From: Octopus sinensis
Lineage: Eukaryota
Direction: 5' to 3'
Assembly (NCBI RefSeq): GCF_006345805.1
Contig: NC_042998.1
Coordinates: 55,924,001 to 55,988,000, forward strand
DNA: 64,000 nt
Numbering within the stretch: position 1 is the first letter of the stretch; the number at the start of each line of letters is the position of its first letter. A program made the position numbers and the translations under genes. Shown here piece by piece: positions 36,204 through 50,950 of this stretch. Under the pieces are notes generated by a model. The model did no database searches. It saw nothing but the letters and a program-made list of their open reading frames with translations, and was not told the DNA's origin.

Positions 36204-36702
36204 TCTTAATTAGTCACGAAATAATCGTCTACTTTCTTTGCAATTCAAAAACCTTTTTGTACATGTGAATCGAATGAGTTTTATAATGAATGTAATAAAT
36301 CCCTTATTCATATCGTTACCACCTGGTAGTATTAGTAAATATTGTTTTATTTGTTGTTATAGAATATACTATTATAGTATATTATAGTAACAATGTTGCA
36401 GTGTGGGTATTATTAGGTTGTTTCACATGAAATGTCACATTTTTAATTACTTGTTATTTCAGACATTTAAAAACTCAATTATTTATACCTTGCATTTAAT
36501 CTTGACTCTTTTTCTTTCCCAACAATGTATACAAAATTCGCACCCACAGAGCTTATGAAAATGATAACAACCAAACTATGTTGAGTGATTTTCTCATATG
36601 AATAACTGATTTATATTCATTATAAAACTCGTTTGATTCACATATGCAAAAAGGTTTTTGAATTGCAAAGAACGTAGACGATTATTTTGTGACTAATTAA
36701 GA
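36204..36702. repeat. Imperfect inverted repeat (~88-bp arms), same module family as the 35737 hairpin
   Basis: 36204-36291 TCTTAATTAGTCACGAAATAATCGTCTAC... pairs with 36615-36702 ...GTAGACGATTATTTTGTGACTAATTAAGA; a related copy lies at ~35133-35215. Confidence 0.8.
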
Positions 36703-37547
36703 TGAGTTTAATAATATTAGTTAGTATGTATGTATCATTATTCATTAGTTGTTGTTATTAGACTATTACTTACTACTATTATAATGACAATTATCAGCTT
36801 GAGTGATATTACATAGACAAACTGAAATCTAAATGAGATTTATTACAGAAAATTTGCATTCTGAACTTACTCATTTAAAGCACGGATGTTTATTTATTTA
36901 TTCTGAGCATCTGTGGTGTTTATTGCCCCTGTGCATTTGCTGCACATGAAAGCCATCTTCCCAGTTAATCTTCCTTTGATGTTGCTGCACCTCTTATGTG
37001 TCCATAGCTTCAAAAATCTTTTGTGGACATGAACTAGATGAGTTTCATAGCATGAATATGTTATTTTGGTGAGCTGGCAGAATGTTTAAAGCATGAGAAA
37101 AATAGATTTGCAGTATTTTTCTCCAGCTCTTTACATTCTGGATTCAAATTCTGTTGAAATCAGCCACATCTTCAATCCCTTCGAAACAATTATTAATAGT
37201 CTTAGTTATTACATTTTATTTTCAGTTGTTATTGTTGTTTGGAGTGTCAAAGTTGAGAAACTATGTAGATTAGCAAAGGCTTCTAGTTTGGTGCCTCACT
37301 GTTTTGAATTTTTATATGTCACAATCTACTTGGCTACCATTATATTTCTCTTTAGGTTTGATAAAATAATACCACAAAAACATAAAAAAATCTATTCAGT
37401 AAGCCATTAAAAAAACAAAGACATCTAATGCTTATCCAAAAGAAACCATTAGTTTAATGTATTAAATAAAGCAACTAATACTTACCACATTAAATCATTA
37501 CTATTATCTTTCTATGGCTCATTCTTTTTTTTTATATATAATTTCAG

Positions 37548-37617
37548 ATTAAAAAAGAAGATATTATCTATGAACCTATAAGATTCCGCAGACAAACGGT
37601 CTGTGACTGCCCACCAG
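37548..37617 (+). CDS. Internal coding exon of a MACIT-type transmembrane collagen (collagen XIII/XXIII/XXV-like)
   Basis: Polypyrimidine tract + TTTCAG acceptor; 70-nt exon; CAG|GTATGA donor. Phase 0 to phase 1 translation IKKEDIIYEPIRFRRQTVCDCPP-G gives an RxRR furin motif then CxCPPG, the known MACIT junction before the first collagenous domain. Confidence 0.78.
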
Positions 37618-37879
37618 GTATGACAAATTCATTTGTGTGAAAGAAGAGATAATTAATCAAAATGTTTTCTTTTTGCAGTAATTTATGAGGAGCTTACATT
37701 AGAAAAGTTTTTTTTTTTTCAGCATTCACAATATTTCATTCTGTATATGTGTATACAAATCTGTTCGAACAGTCATCTCTGAATTTCTGTTCATCTCACA
37801 ATTTCTACAATTCTTAAAGTCTTCAGTATATTTATGAATTTTTTTTATTAATAATGCACATGCATATTCATATATGTGT

Positions 37880-37911
<32 letters not shown>

Positions 37912-38080
37912 TTAACACCTGTTTTCCATGCTGGCTTGACAGAAACTGTCAAGGCCAGGGACCACACCTGGTTCCATAGTCTATTTTCACTTGGTTTCTA
38001 CAGCTAGATATCCTTCCTAACACCAACCACTTTACAAAGTGTACTGGATGCTTTTTACATGGCACCAGCTCTTATGTGGC
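37880..38080 (-). mobile_element. SINE family C (older copy) with (CAT)n tail
   Basis: (CAT)n-TTAACACCTGTTTTCCATGCTGGC...CAGCTAGATATCCTTCCTAACACCAACCAC. Confidence 0.7.
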
Positions 38081-38589
38081 ACCTTGGTTGTATATATATT
38101 TACACACACATTTTCTCTCTTTCACACACACCCATATACATATAGAATACTTGTACTTTTTTTTATTTGTTTGTGTAATGATGGAAAATCTTAAAATGTG
38201 AATGCCATTGTGCCACCCATTAATATATTCAAACTATATTGTCTGATGACAATAAGTCTCTTCAAATCCCTCTGAGATTAGTAATACATAGAATAAGAAA
38301 AAGAAATTGTTGATTTTATTTAGAAAAAAAAAAGAATTAACTTAGCTGGTTTCATGTTACAAAGTTAGTATTCAAATGAGACACTGCCTGCCAGGCTAAG
38401 TGCTCCTCGGAGAATGTCGACTTAATGTAGTACCCCTAAATAGTTTTTTAAAAGTTAATATTTAAATAATCTTTTAAAGGAAATTTGCATTCAGATACTG
38501 AAGAATGTATGTACATTTGTTCTGTATTTAAATTAAATTTAGAGAAAGGCCTAGTCTTCAATCCCAAAAAACACTTTTTCATTGGATCT

Positions 38590-39800
38590 TAGACAACACC
38601 AACAAAGTAGTCATGAATGAACGCATGTAGAGGTAGGCTGTACATTTTAACACCCTGCTTAAACACGATTCTGGTGCACACTCCACTTTCTTTGTATGCA
38701 CAGGGGCAATATAAGAGCATGAACTAGTACTGGTCCCTTTAACATAGTTTTTGTGTGTTATATCTACTGCAAGATTGAAGAGAGCAATGGGGTAGAATGG
38801 ATTTCAGGTTACATGGAAACCCATTAATATTAGAGGCATTCAGCTGCAATAGGAGTGCCAACACCATCAAAACAAGTGTGGCAATAAATAGCTGTCTGTA
38901 ATACTATCTTTTAAATATCTGGAGAGCATTCTTTCTGAGGATGGCTGTGTTGACAACAATATCCAGGGCTGCATTAAATAAGCATCAGTTTCTCTTTGAG
39001 GACTTTGATGCAAAGTCTTTCAGAATAAGAGTTTTCATTCCTCCATAGAGTTTACCATATTCCAAGTGATCTGTTTGACAGCCTTCTTCTGTAGCCGCAA
39101 AACTTGACTTCCATAGTCATAGCATGGTATACTTACACATGAGCTGCCTCCCGTACATCCTGGAAATTACCCAGCATGAGCAGGTACTTCACATTCAAAT
39201 ACTTACAGTGACAAACTGCATAAGTATTGGATTTCATTTGCAGTGGTTGGAACACACATTAGGATCCTAACATTCGGTTACCTTGTAGAGTAGTGTATGG
39301 CCAGCTACCACAGTTGAGGATCAGATGAAAATCACTTTGGAGAAGTGATAGATCAAATTTGGAGGATTTTATTGCTGACTATACCATTTGTGTGAAGAAG
39401 GTCTTCACATGTTGGATATTGAAAGAATAACCAGAAAACTGGAGAAGACACTAGGTGAGATGCAACCATCATTGTTACAGCTTGTGGGTCCAGAACAGGT
39501 CTGTCTAACCATTAAAGATCTCAACATTAAAGGAGTGACTGCTGTTATATCATTTCAATAAACAGCTGAAGGAGAAAATATGTCTGTGCATACTTCATTC
39601 ATTCATTAATTGTTTCTTTCTGATTAGCATCTTAAAGTTTATAAGAAGTCACCTACTTGCCGGCAAGATTGTAAAAGAAATGCAATCAAAGAAAGATGCT
39701 CACATCATCATCCTTTGCACAACCATTTCTGTTTTTAAGAAGGTCTTTCAAATTTGTATTGCCCCAGATATCATGAACGTCTCTCAGAGCAGTGTGTATT
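38590..39800 (-). mobile_element. Highly decayed non-LTR RT and 3' region (L2/Crack-like)
   Basis: Minus-strand fragments such as PVLGPT and RLQKKAVKQIT resemble the L2/Crack RT C-terminal region; many stops. Confidence 0.4.
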
Positions 39801-42047
39801 TTGAGTACTGGATTTGCAGAATCCTCTTCACTGTTTCATAGATGTCCTTCTTCTCTTGTATTTTTCATACTGTTTACTACATACTGAATTCTACAACAGG
39901 GCATGTTTTTTTTATTTTATTCCAAGCAACAATATCTGGTCAGTTATGTTTTAATTTAGTTACTATTTATATTCTTAGGTTTCATTAATGTTATTTTAAT
40001 CCCTCAGTTTCAATATATTCATCTTGTATTTGCTGTTATTTTTCCCCACTTTCTCTCTTCCAGATTGATTTGCTTGTTACTATACTGCTTTATGGAAAGC
40101 TTAATATGTAGGGAATATTCTATCACAGTTGATAATGATGTGGCTAATCCTTCAGTTTTGATTCTGTAATTTGTTAGCTGATGTTTTCTCTTTAGTGTAG
40201 AAATAGATTTCTTCCTACTGGATTGCATAGTAGTACAGACAGTGTGAAATGTTATAAATTTGTTGTTAGTCTATGCCCAGTTTTTGGTGTGGTTATTTCC
40301 CTCTTTGGTCTGTTTTATCATTTCCACTTCCACTATTCATGTACAACTTTCTCCTTGATTTGATCATTTTGTTCGGTTAGGTTTTCTAGTGTTCCTTGGA
40401 GTGAGGTCATTTTTTTTTCTTTATTCTTTCTTCTCTTCAAGTTCATGATCTTATTTTACAATTTTATACAGCATATTATCATGACCTACACATATGTTGC
40501 ATCTGCAACTGCCAGTAGTCTGTGCAGTGGAAACGCATGTAGGTCATAATATGCTGTATTCATTCTAAAATAAGAGAAGATAAATTTAGGGTATGAACAC
40601 GTCTCCATATTCTTTATAATTATTACTAATATATACTCCTGATGATATTACCATCCAGTGAAGTAAACACAGAATTAGCCATTGGAAGAATTCACAGAGT
40701 TATTGACAACTAATAGTAGTCATAGATGTTAAATACTGATTGATATGGTTAGCTGTAAACTGGACCTTAACTGAGAGCCACCTTGGTATCTGCCCAGGTA
40801 ATATATCCCTCCAAACTCATGTATATATCGTATCAATCTTCTTCCAGATTCAGTCTACCTATTCTACTATAAAGGCTTTGGTTGGTCCTGGTCTCTAGTG
40901 GAAATTACTTACCCCAGGTCCTACACTTTTTGACTGAATCTGAAACTATGATTTTGGGAAACAAAGTTCTTAACCATACAATCATGCCTGTGTATATGTA
41001 TTGGCACAGTCATGTTTGTTTTGGGAACAAGTTCACTTTCCAATCATGTGATATCAAGTTTGGGCAAGTCTTTTCTGTAATAGCCCTGCACTGGGCATTG
41101 TCTTGTGAGTGGGTTTGGTAGATGTAACTGTAAGGAGCTTATTGTGTGTTTGTGTGCTTGTGTGAGTGAGCTCATGTTTCCCTTTCCTCCACATGCTGAT
41201 TATAAACAATGACTTTAATGATGGTGTATGCTTTCAGTCCAGCACAAAAGCATGTCCGAGCTTTTTGACATGTCTTAGCATGTTGGGTCATCTTTGTAAG
41301 GAGCAGTCTTGTCCATGTTATGGCTTTATTTCTAGTTCCCCACATAAACAAGTCCAAACTGTTTATTTCATAGACTGAGAGATTATTACCTCATATGAAG
41401 ACAAGTGAGGTTGGTGACCCAATGGCCATGCACCTATAGAAAATTCTGCTCCACTATACTTTATTCTGACCCATGCAATCATGGAAAATTTGAAGTTAAA
41501 ATTATGATAATGACCAAGACAGCTAAGCTCTATCAGAAACATACAATGTATAACTTCTGTATGAAATATATAATTAACAAAAGTTAAGATTCTAAATACC
41601 AATTACAGATTTTGCTTCATTGTCCTTATAAACATTAAAATTCAGCAAATATTTTCAAAATATACTCACAACATAGTATCACACTTGAATTTTCTGTAAG
41701 AAAATAGTTGTAATTTGAGTAGTCAAATAGCAACAAATGACTTTGTTTTAAAATAATTTTAAAATGCTGGAATAGAAATACGAATACTTTTTTTGTACAA
41801 AGATTTAAAACAAACCTATATAATGCTACATTTTACAAAAATGATGCAAAACACTTTCATTTTAATTACAATAAAGTAGATATTTAGGAAATACTTTTAC
41901 TTCTACCATTAAGCCTATAAATATAAATCATATACAAATGTGATCTGATATGAAAGATAATTGTTTCCATCAGTCATTAACATATCTAGTAATTTATTTC
42001 CTACAATTTGTGTATTTCCCATTATGTGTGTGTGCGCACAAGCACAA

Positions 42048-42078
<31 letters not shown>

Positions 42079-43329
42079 AACACACACACATTACTTAAAA
42101 ATTGATGATGTTGAAAAAAGTAGAATCACAATATGTAAAAATTTAAATTCACTTAACTATCTCTCTGGATATTTTAAATAGATTATTTAAGAGATATTAC
42201 TGCATTTAAAATCATAAAGATTTTAATTTCAGGTGTTTTGTTCTTGCTCTTTAGATGTAGAAGTATTATTGTTGTTCTTTAATAGTTTTGTTATTGAAGC
42301 AAGTATGGTCATGATGGCTCTTAAGTCATCTATTCAAATACTTACATTTATTGTGTTGTATTGGATAAAGTACATGAATACAAACTATTTCAGACCTAAC
42401 AGAACTGTAACTAAAGAATAAGAAAGTAAAAATTTGTTATCTAAAATTCTTTTATTCACTTCAGTCATTGAAACACAGCCTTACCAAGGGAATTGCTTTC
42501 AAAGGTTTTAGTAAATCATATCAATTTCGGTATGGTACTATCAAAATTTATTTACCAAATTGCCTTTAGATGTGAAGGGACATTACCCAATGCACCACTT
42601 TACACAGTTATTCTCAGATACACACACACATGTATGTGTGTGTGTGTGTTTATACTCACACATTTTCTATTCACATAACTACACTACACTTGCTTAAGCT
42701 GTAACGAAATGGGCTCAAATTCAGAACCATTTGGGTGTGATGCCTACTTCTTAACCATATGGCCATGGTTATTCACGTGAGGGGATGGAAGGTTGTATGT
42801 TACATATTTGTCTGAACAAAGCTAGCATGGAAAAATGGATGTCAGAATTATCAAAATGAATGTATGTATTTATGTATGTGCATAAAGCTCATGATTTATA
42901 TGCCTTTGATTTTATATTACAATTTGTGAAGAATAGCAGCCATTGGTTACAGATTTCATTTCCAATGGATCACTTATTTGTTCACTGCATTTCACTTAAC
43001 AACTGGGGAGTATCCACAACTCAGTGAACTTCATTTAAAGAGCAGCAGCTTTTCATTAATATTTACATCATTCTTTAAATAATGTGTAAATACTGTATAT
43101 ATACATCCATACTATAGTAAAGAAAGCTGCTTATCTATAAAATTGGAGTATGTAACTTTTACTAGAAGGAAGCTGTTATCAAATTCTACACTATCTGGAA
43201 AATTACTAAAAATTGTAATTTTAATATATTTTTATCAAAATGTGGTTGTTGAATATCTTTTATTATTGAAAATTTCAAGTATAAAGAACTAATTGTGTGT
43301 GTGTTAGAGAGAGAGAGAGAGGAAACACA

Positions 43330-43378
<49 letters not shown>

Positions 43379-45809
43379 ACACACACACACACACACACAC
43401 ACTTACTCACTCACTCACTTGAGTATAGCATGTAACCTGTTATATACTTCTGATAGTTAATTCCTTTGCTGAAATCACTGTTCATGTTATCATAGTTCAT
43501 ATGAATGGGAATACAAAAAATATCATTTCCTATCTCTGTACATAAACTGTGTGTTTATATAGATTATAAATATATATGTCAATGGAAAAGTAATGCAGAA
43601 CAAATAATATATTATACAATCATATGTATTTCAACCTACATTAAGTTTCTCAATATGATTTTTTCCTGTACATACCATGTGTGCATTCCAATTCTCTATC
43701 ATGCAAAGTTTAAAAAAATCTTCTGATATATATATATACATGATAAATTGAGGACATTTATGTGGCTACTGAATGAGTGTTATCAGATGAATTTAGGATA
43801 CAAAGGGAAATTAACCATAACATACCAGAAAAATTACACAAACAGGAAATTGTAAGTGTAAATATTATTTAGCAACTAGCAGAAAACTGCCTTTCTGAAA
43901 TTTGTTAAAACAATATTTTTTTTAAATGGAATGAAATTTTCTAGAGATATGGGCATAATTTTTAAAAAATATCAGAGGTGAATTTGTTGATATGGATCTT
44001 GGGTATGCTATGGGCCTTTGAATATACTCATGTAATCCCTGCTATTTCTACCACACAGAGGTTATATAGAGGATGGGCTACCTTTGAGTTTTTTCCTAAG
44101 CAAGAGATTAAGACTGATAAAATAATGAAAGAAATATTTACTGATTTAATGACTGTTGTTAGATGACTGGAAGATACATAGGAAAATAATATGTGACATA
44201 TTAGAAAAATGAATCAAACAGGTAATTAAATGTGTAAATATTTAGTGACTAACAGAAAACCACCTGGAGGGTGGGTTTTCTGCCAGTATTTAGTAATAAA
44301 CATGTAAGATAATGGTTGTTAGTTCATGGAGAAAACAAAATATATTCTTGTAGTTTTAGATATTTTATTTTTGATAATGAAGTAACTGGAATACGATGAA
44401 TCTAGAATGAATTACAGTAATGAAGAAAGCTCATATATTTTTAACATAAATATTTCATGCTTATGTGTAGTAAAGATGTATGCATGTTTATATGTGACAG
44501 ATTAATGGTGTCTGCATGAATGACAAATCCATTTGTAATTTGAGATGGCCTTTAATTCATATGTGTATGTGACAAATCTACGTATTGCCAAGCTAGTTAC
44601 GTAATCTGTTTGGGTGACACAGCATTTTTAGAAAAGCTAGATGTGTGTGAATCTGAGCAGTTTATCTCCTGGTTTCTTTCCAACCAATGTAGAAAACAAT
44701 CTCTGTTTAGCAGTCAAAATTATCTTTTTATTTTCCATGGTTATATTTTGTCACCAGAGCCCCCTCAAGTAGGGAGTTGTTGTTGACTGAAGCATGCATA
44801 CCCAGGCATAGGTGCTTTATTTGGTTTTCTTTGGAGGAATTTGTCCAGATACTGTTTGAAATTTGTGGAGGTTTTTACTTCATTGATTTGATTTTGGATA
44901 TTGTTACATAAGGCAGGGTTGGTTGAAGCAAAATAGTGATCACAATATGTTTATATGTCATGTGTAAAATGAAAACCCACCAAGTCATGACAGACATCAC
45001 AGAGTTGACAAAAACTAAAACAACACACAGCACGGTAAGAATTAGGAATTAAGATGACTTACAGAAAAATCCAGCAGAATGTTGGAATGCAGTCTACTGA
45101 ACTATATCAGAAAAATGCAATCTCGTTTCAACATAGAGAAGAAACACCATGGGAACATGTTAAAATGCACTTATGGGAATGTGGTGCAATATACTACATC
45201 CATGAAAATAGATTGCAAATAGTTTCCAGGACACTAGTAATACATAGACTAAAGAAGAATCACACACCTACTTAAGATTCTTGTTGCTGGACCCAGCTAG
45301 TTTGTGAGGTCAATATCTCCAGCAACTATACACAACCCTGCTTCCTATCAATGATAATAAGCATACGAGTCAAAATGTCTCCAGATGTCTACAAGAGTAG
45401 AGAAGACTTCCACAGCAGAATCAATGACTGCATCCACTCCCATGATCTTGCAAGTTTTATAAGTTGTACAAGTTGTGGTGAGAATGTAAAGTTTAGTGAA
45501 GTCCTGCATCATGCATGTTCACTTGTGAAGATGAACCAAAAGAGCTTTTATCACAAGAAATTGTCATTGCAAACACAGTTTATTAAGGAAAACTATCTCA
45601 AGTGCAAATCATCAAGCATAGTGAACATTAAATTAACAGTGCATAGAAACATTTCTTCGGCAAAGCTTTACCCTTTCTCTTTTTGAGCTGGTGAACATCT
45701 ATTTTTGAGTAAGTAAATACTTTCACTTTCATGGGGCCATGGAAACAAAGAAACACCATCTCTTATTTTAAAATAAGTGATTATGATCAATGGGTAAAAA
45801 TGAAATTCA

Positions 45810-46100
45810 TCCTCATCATCATCATCGTTTAACGTCCGCTTTCCATGCTAGGATGGTTTGGACGATTTGACTGAGGTCTGGCAAACCAGATGGCTGCACC
45901 AGGCTCCAATCTTGATCTGGCAGAGTTTCTACAGCTGGATGCCCTTCCTAACGCCAACCACTCTGAGAGTGTAGTGGGTGCTTTTTATGTGCCACTGGCA
46001 CGAGGGCCAGTCAGGTGGTACTGGTAACAGCCACGCTCAAATGGTGTTTTTTACATGCCACCTGTACAGGAGCCAGTCCAGCGGCACTGGAACGGCCTCA
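45810..46100 (-). mobile_element. SINE family C
   Basis: (CAT)n-CGTTTAACGTCCGCTTTCCATGC...CAGCTGGATGCCCTTCCTAACGCCAACC. Confidence 0.85.
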
Positions 46101-49100
46101 TTTGTGTTTGTGTGAAAGTTTTTGTTGAAGAAAAAAAGCAAATATATGTCTATCTACCTCTCTTTCTCTACTGATATATGCATGTGTGCTTATTGGTGAG
46201 TAAATGAGTATGTGGGTATGGAGTGGGGTGAAGTCATACATGAATGTCTTCTTTTCATAAATAGCTGTAAATCACTCTTCTATGTTGAAAATTTTCAGAA
46301 GTGAGGAAAAAGGAAAATATATCTATTTATCTATCTACCTATTTCTCTTCCTCTCAAAGACAGAATGCAGATTCAAATGACATGGTTTCTCCCTTTCTTA
46401 TTATATTGTTGATGAATGTGTGTTGTCATCATACATAAATGGATCAAAATCACTTTTTCTGTGTTGATATTGTAAGAAACAAAATTATTGTGAGGGTCAC
46501 AAGGACCAGAAATGTACTAGAACTTATTTTAGGTAAAACTTGTATGTTTAAGAGTGTATTATTCAAAATGATTTTGTTAAAACCATGGAAAACACAAGCA
46601 ACAGACTTTGAATTTTAATGTTATAAAAGATTAGTGTCAAAAACTTTTATAATGGAATGCTTACTATTTGTAAATTATTGATATGCATTTTGATTTTCAT
46701 TAATCAAAATGTAATTTTGTTAAGTTTTAATCTCAAGCGATCTACAAATTTTGTCACTTAGGGCAAAAATATGATACCTGTAAAAACATTGATTATAATT
46801 ATTTCATTCCTTTTGCTAAGTTGATATCGTTGATATAAGGTCCTGAAAATAAAAAAAATATCAGTTAACATTCAATTTCTCAAGATTTATCTTTCTACAA
46901 ATATTCCCTGTCAGTTAAATTAAACCTTATAATGATCATTTACCTTATTATTTTTCAATCGATAATCAAAAGTAAAGTTTATTGAAATCTACAAAATATT
47001 CTATTACAATTAATTTTAAACAATTATTTAAAATTGGTACCTTTTGTTGTTAGAAAAGCTTTTCTCTCAAATGAAAAGCATTAACTGAAAATTTAGAAAA
47101 TACTTTGTTAGCATGCTTTGTTTTTAGTACATATCACTTTCAATTTGTTGAGGCAATGAAGTTTTTTTTTTGGTTGTATCAAGAGCCTTTGATTCTTCCC
47201 ATTCTGTATATTACAAAGCTGACAGTATAAAGAAGAGTATGTTATTTGTGAACTAATGGAACTGGAATAAATTGGATTTACAGATGAATGAAATTTGATA
47301 CTGGAGTACTCAATGGACTGTTTTTAATGCATTTTCATGTTTGGAATATCATCACAATTCATATTAAACTTAAATTGAATATTGGATTATCAGAATTCAG
47401 GATGTTTACAAAGATGTCTAGGAGTACCAACTAATTGAAACTGGAATAATTCTAAGAAATTATTTCTTAGTTTTGATGCAATTTTAATATATTCTGTTTA
47501 TCTGATATAAACTTGAAAAAATATCAAAGGATTTACCAATCGATACGATACTGGATTATTACAATAGAATTTATGGATACATTTTGTAGCCTAAATGTTT
47601 CATACATAACTCTATTGTTTTGGGAGACATTCAATTTCAATTACTTCTGTTTTTCTCTATATTCTTCTTTCAACATGACAAAGGTAATGTCTAAATTATT
47701 GATTACATGGAGTACCTTGATTGCTGTAATTTACAGGTATGTGGTGATATTATTTATTTATCATTTCAGGTTTAGAAGTAAAGTTTTTACAACTTACTTT
47801 GTACATCTTTATTGCAAAAGTATATAATTGCAAAAGTATATATTTACAGCAGCTGCATGATATTTTTCTTTTGTGTGCATAATATTGAAATACTTCATTT
47901 CATATAAAGTACATTAATTCACTGGTTATACTACAATGTAATAGTTGTGTTCTCTCATAAATATCTCATAACAGAATTCTATAGATGCTGAAAATTATTT
48001 AACTATTTCAAATGATTAACTTCAGATAGCCATCAAATTCTACTCTGGTCTATATTCTAAACAGCAAAGAAATATATTTGCCATAAATCTCCACCTGTAC
48101 TGTTAGAAATTATATTAAGTATTCCATGTCTATTTCTTTATAGGTAATCATAATTTCTACAGAAAATGTAGGGATATATCCTTTAAATTCATGTTTTCCA
48201 CTCAATTTTTGCTACTAACAATATTTTTGCAAATTTCAGTATCTGCAAATTGTCAACAAAGCAAGTATTTAAAATATTTGTACAGTTAGATTCTTTTATA
48301 CTGCTGACACCCAACATTGTTACCATTTCTAATTTCTAAGTAAATTTAAATATACATGCATGCGTGTGTGTGCACACACACACACATGATCTTTGATATG
48401 TTGGGAGGAAGTTATTGACTGAGATGTATCCAGGTGTGAATGATTTATCCAGATATTATTTGAAGGTTATAGGATCCTTTTCTTCTTTGATTTGGTTTGG
48501 AATAATATTAAATAGAGTAGGGCCTGTTGGGGAAAAGTAACAATGTTGCACTGTGGATGTGGTTGTGAATAAATGTATAAGAATAAATGTAGCTTATTTT
48601 ACACTGAACCACTCTTAAAACCAAAAATTAAATATAACATGTTTAATAAAAGAAATATTATCAACAAAATGTGAAGTTCAATAAACATGTAAATTGATAA
48701 ATAAACTCTTTAGAATTAGCATAAAAAGTTTCCTGTATAAACATTTAAAAAATATTCTCATTTTCAATTCGAAATATTTTTAGATTAAATTTGCTTAGTA
48801 CTTAAGCTTCTAATTTAAACACATTCAGAAATCACTCAACCATCTCTTATAAATTGCTTTTAAATCCAACTGTACTTTGCCTATTAGATAAATGGTAATT
48901 CTTTGAAAAAACATTCGCTAGATTAAGTACATATGGAGGTTCTATTTGTAAACTATACTTTCACACTCATGAGAAATATTTAGATATGTGGTGATAAATA
49001 ACAAAGTTTATTTCATTTCAAATAAAAGAAATTTATCAAATGAATTATTAGAACTACCAAAGTTCATTGTTAATTTAGTATGTACATTATCCAGTTAAAT

Positions 49101-49879
49101 ATAATAATGTTTTTAAAATTCTATGAATTTCCATTAAAGAGAAGCCTAATTATGCCCTTGGTTACTATTGAAGTTATATAAGTATTATCTATTAGTGTTC
49201 TAAAATATAAATTTACACATAATACTTTATAAAATTTTTCAATGGTACAGTCCTGTTTGAAGTGAATTATCATTAAACTCAACCACTGAATAATAAAACC
49301 TTTTTGGTTGTCTTTAAGATGGATTTCATCTCTGCATTACACTACATTACCTATAGGACTAATTTTGTATAATCTATAGTTAATTATATGTGAAGATGGA
49401 GGACAGTTTTACTGAAATTGAGGTTCATGATTTTTTTTTTCTCACTGAAAATATTTCTAAAATGGTATCATTTTATAGAGGGTTTATGTTTTATCATCTT
49501 CCTCATCATCATCATTATCATCATCAAGTATCCATTTTCCATACTGGAATGACTTAAGTGGTTTGACAAGATACAGTGAGTCTGAGAAGTACATTGTGAT
49601 CCAATGTCCACTTTGGTATAGTTTCTATGACTGGATTCTCTTCTTAACCAACCACTTTACAGCATGTCCTGGGTGTTTTTATTTATTATTTTCTTTTGTG
49701 TGTGTGTGTGTGTGTGACTATCTAGGTCACCATTCATCTCACTGGATATTAAGCAAGTGATCAATAAATCATTCTGTTAACTGCTCTGGCCTTATTTTCC
49801 CAGAGATCTTATGTGATGCTTAAAATGGGACAGGTCTTGGGTGTATAGATCAAGGATCAGATTCAATGCATTGTGTCAT

Positions 49880-50950
49880 CAAGCACAATGGTAGTTTGTT
49901 TAAAAAAATTTATCATAACTTGCAGAAAAAGAAAGTGAAACTTCTAATGAAAAACTTTTTCTAGCTAGTAAGTGCTGGTTTGAAAGGTTTAAGAACCTTG
50001 AATTTGCACAACACAAAACTGACTGGTGAAGCTGTCATTGCTAATAGAGGCTGCTACTAAATTATTCTGAGCAGCTGGAAAAAAATAATTGCTGAAGGGG
50101 ACTACACACCAGAGTAAACATTCAATGTTCATAAAACTGTCCTTATTTGGAAGTACATACCTACTAAGACTTTCTCAAGAAGAAAATTCAACAGAATGAT
50201 TTAAAGGTTCCAAAAATCATTTGTTGCTTCTTCTGGGAGAAAATTTTACAGATGATATGAAATTAAAGACCCAACTAGTGTGTATCACTGATAATTCAAG
50301 ACTTTACAAAGTTACACAAAGTTTAATTTGACTCTGATTTGGCTTTCAAATGAGAGTGTATGGATGACAAAAAACCTTTTCAAACAGTGGTTTACAAATA
50401 TTTTTTGTCGAGATATATTTTCTACAAAGTATTGCTTCTTTCAGACAATGCACCAAGCGACCTAGTGTACTTGAATGTGCTCTCTGATTATGAGAGAATA
50501 GAATATACCCCCAACACTACAACTCCTTTGCTCCAACCAGTGGATTAGGTTGTATATATACTAAACTTCAAGCCATATTATCTGAGAACTCTCAAACAAC
50601 TTATGAAAGCAATTGGCAAGAAAGATAATTCTACAGTTAGAGCCTCCTTGAAAACATACTGAATGCTGTAGATAACATAGTTGAGTCATGCATGGTATGT
50701 AGTAAAGCACACAACTTTGAATGGTGTTTGGAAAAATATATTACTAGTTTTTGCTAATGTTCCTAATTATGAATGTAAAATATACAAGAGTTCCTACACT
50801 GAGCTGTATAAGAGAGATGAGATGTCATAAACATCAAACAATTTTGAAGAAGTCTTTCTTGCCTCTCAAGTAGATATTGATGTTGACGAACTTGTAAGAC
50901 TGAAGATAGTTACCCCCATCCTACCAATTTCTATCATTCCAGCACCACCA
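49880..50950 (+). pseudogene. pogo/Tigger (DDE_1) transposase relic
   Basis: Fragments TGEAVIA, WMTKNLFKQWF and VLLLSDNAPS...PNTTTPLLQPVD match LLxDNAPSH and PPNTTSxxQPxD. Confidence 0.7.

Noticed and set aside
47683-47735. Exon-like 53-nt segment between AG and GTATGT
   Set aside because: Stop codon in the phase needed after the collagen exon; no collagen character.
48521-48536. Possible 16-nt collagen micro-exon (GPVGEK)
   Set aside because: Weak acceptor context and short enough to occur by chance; needs junction reads.
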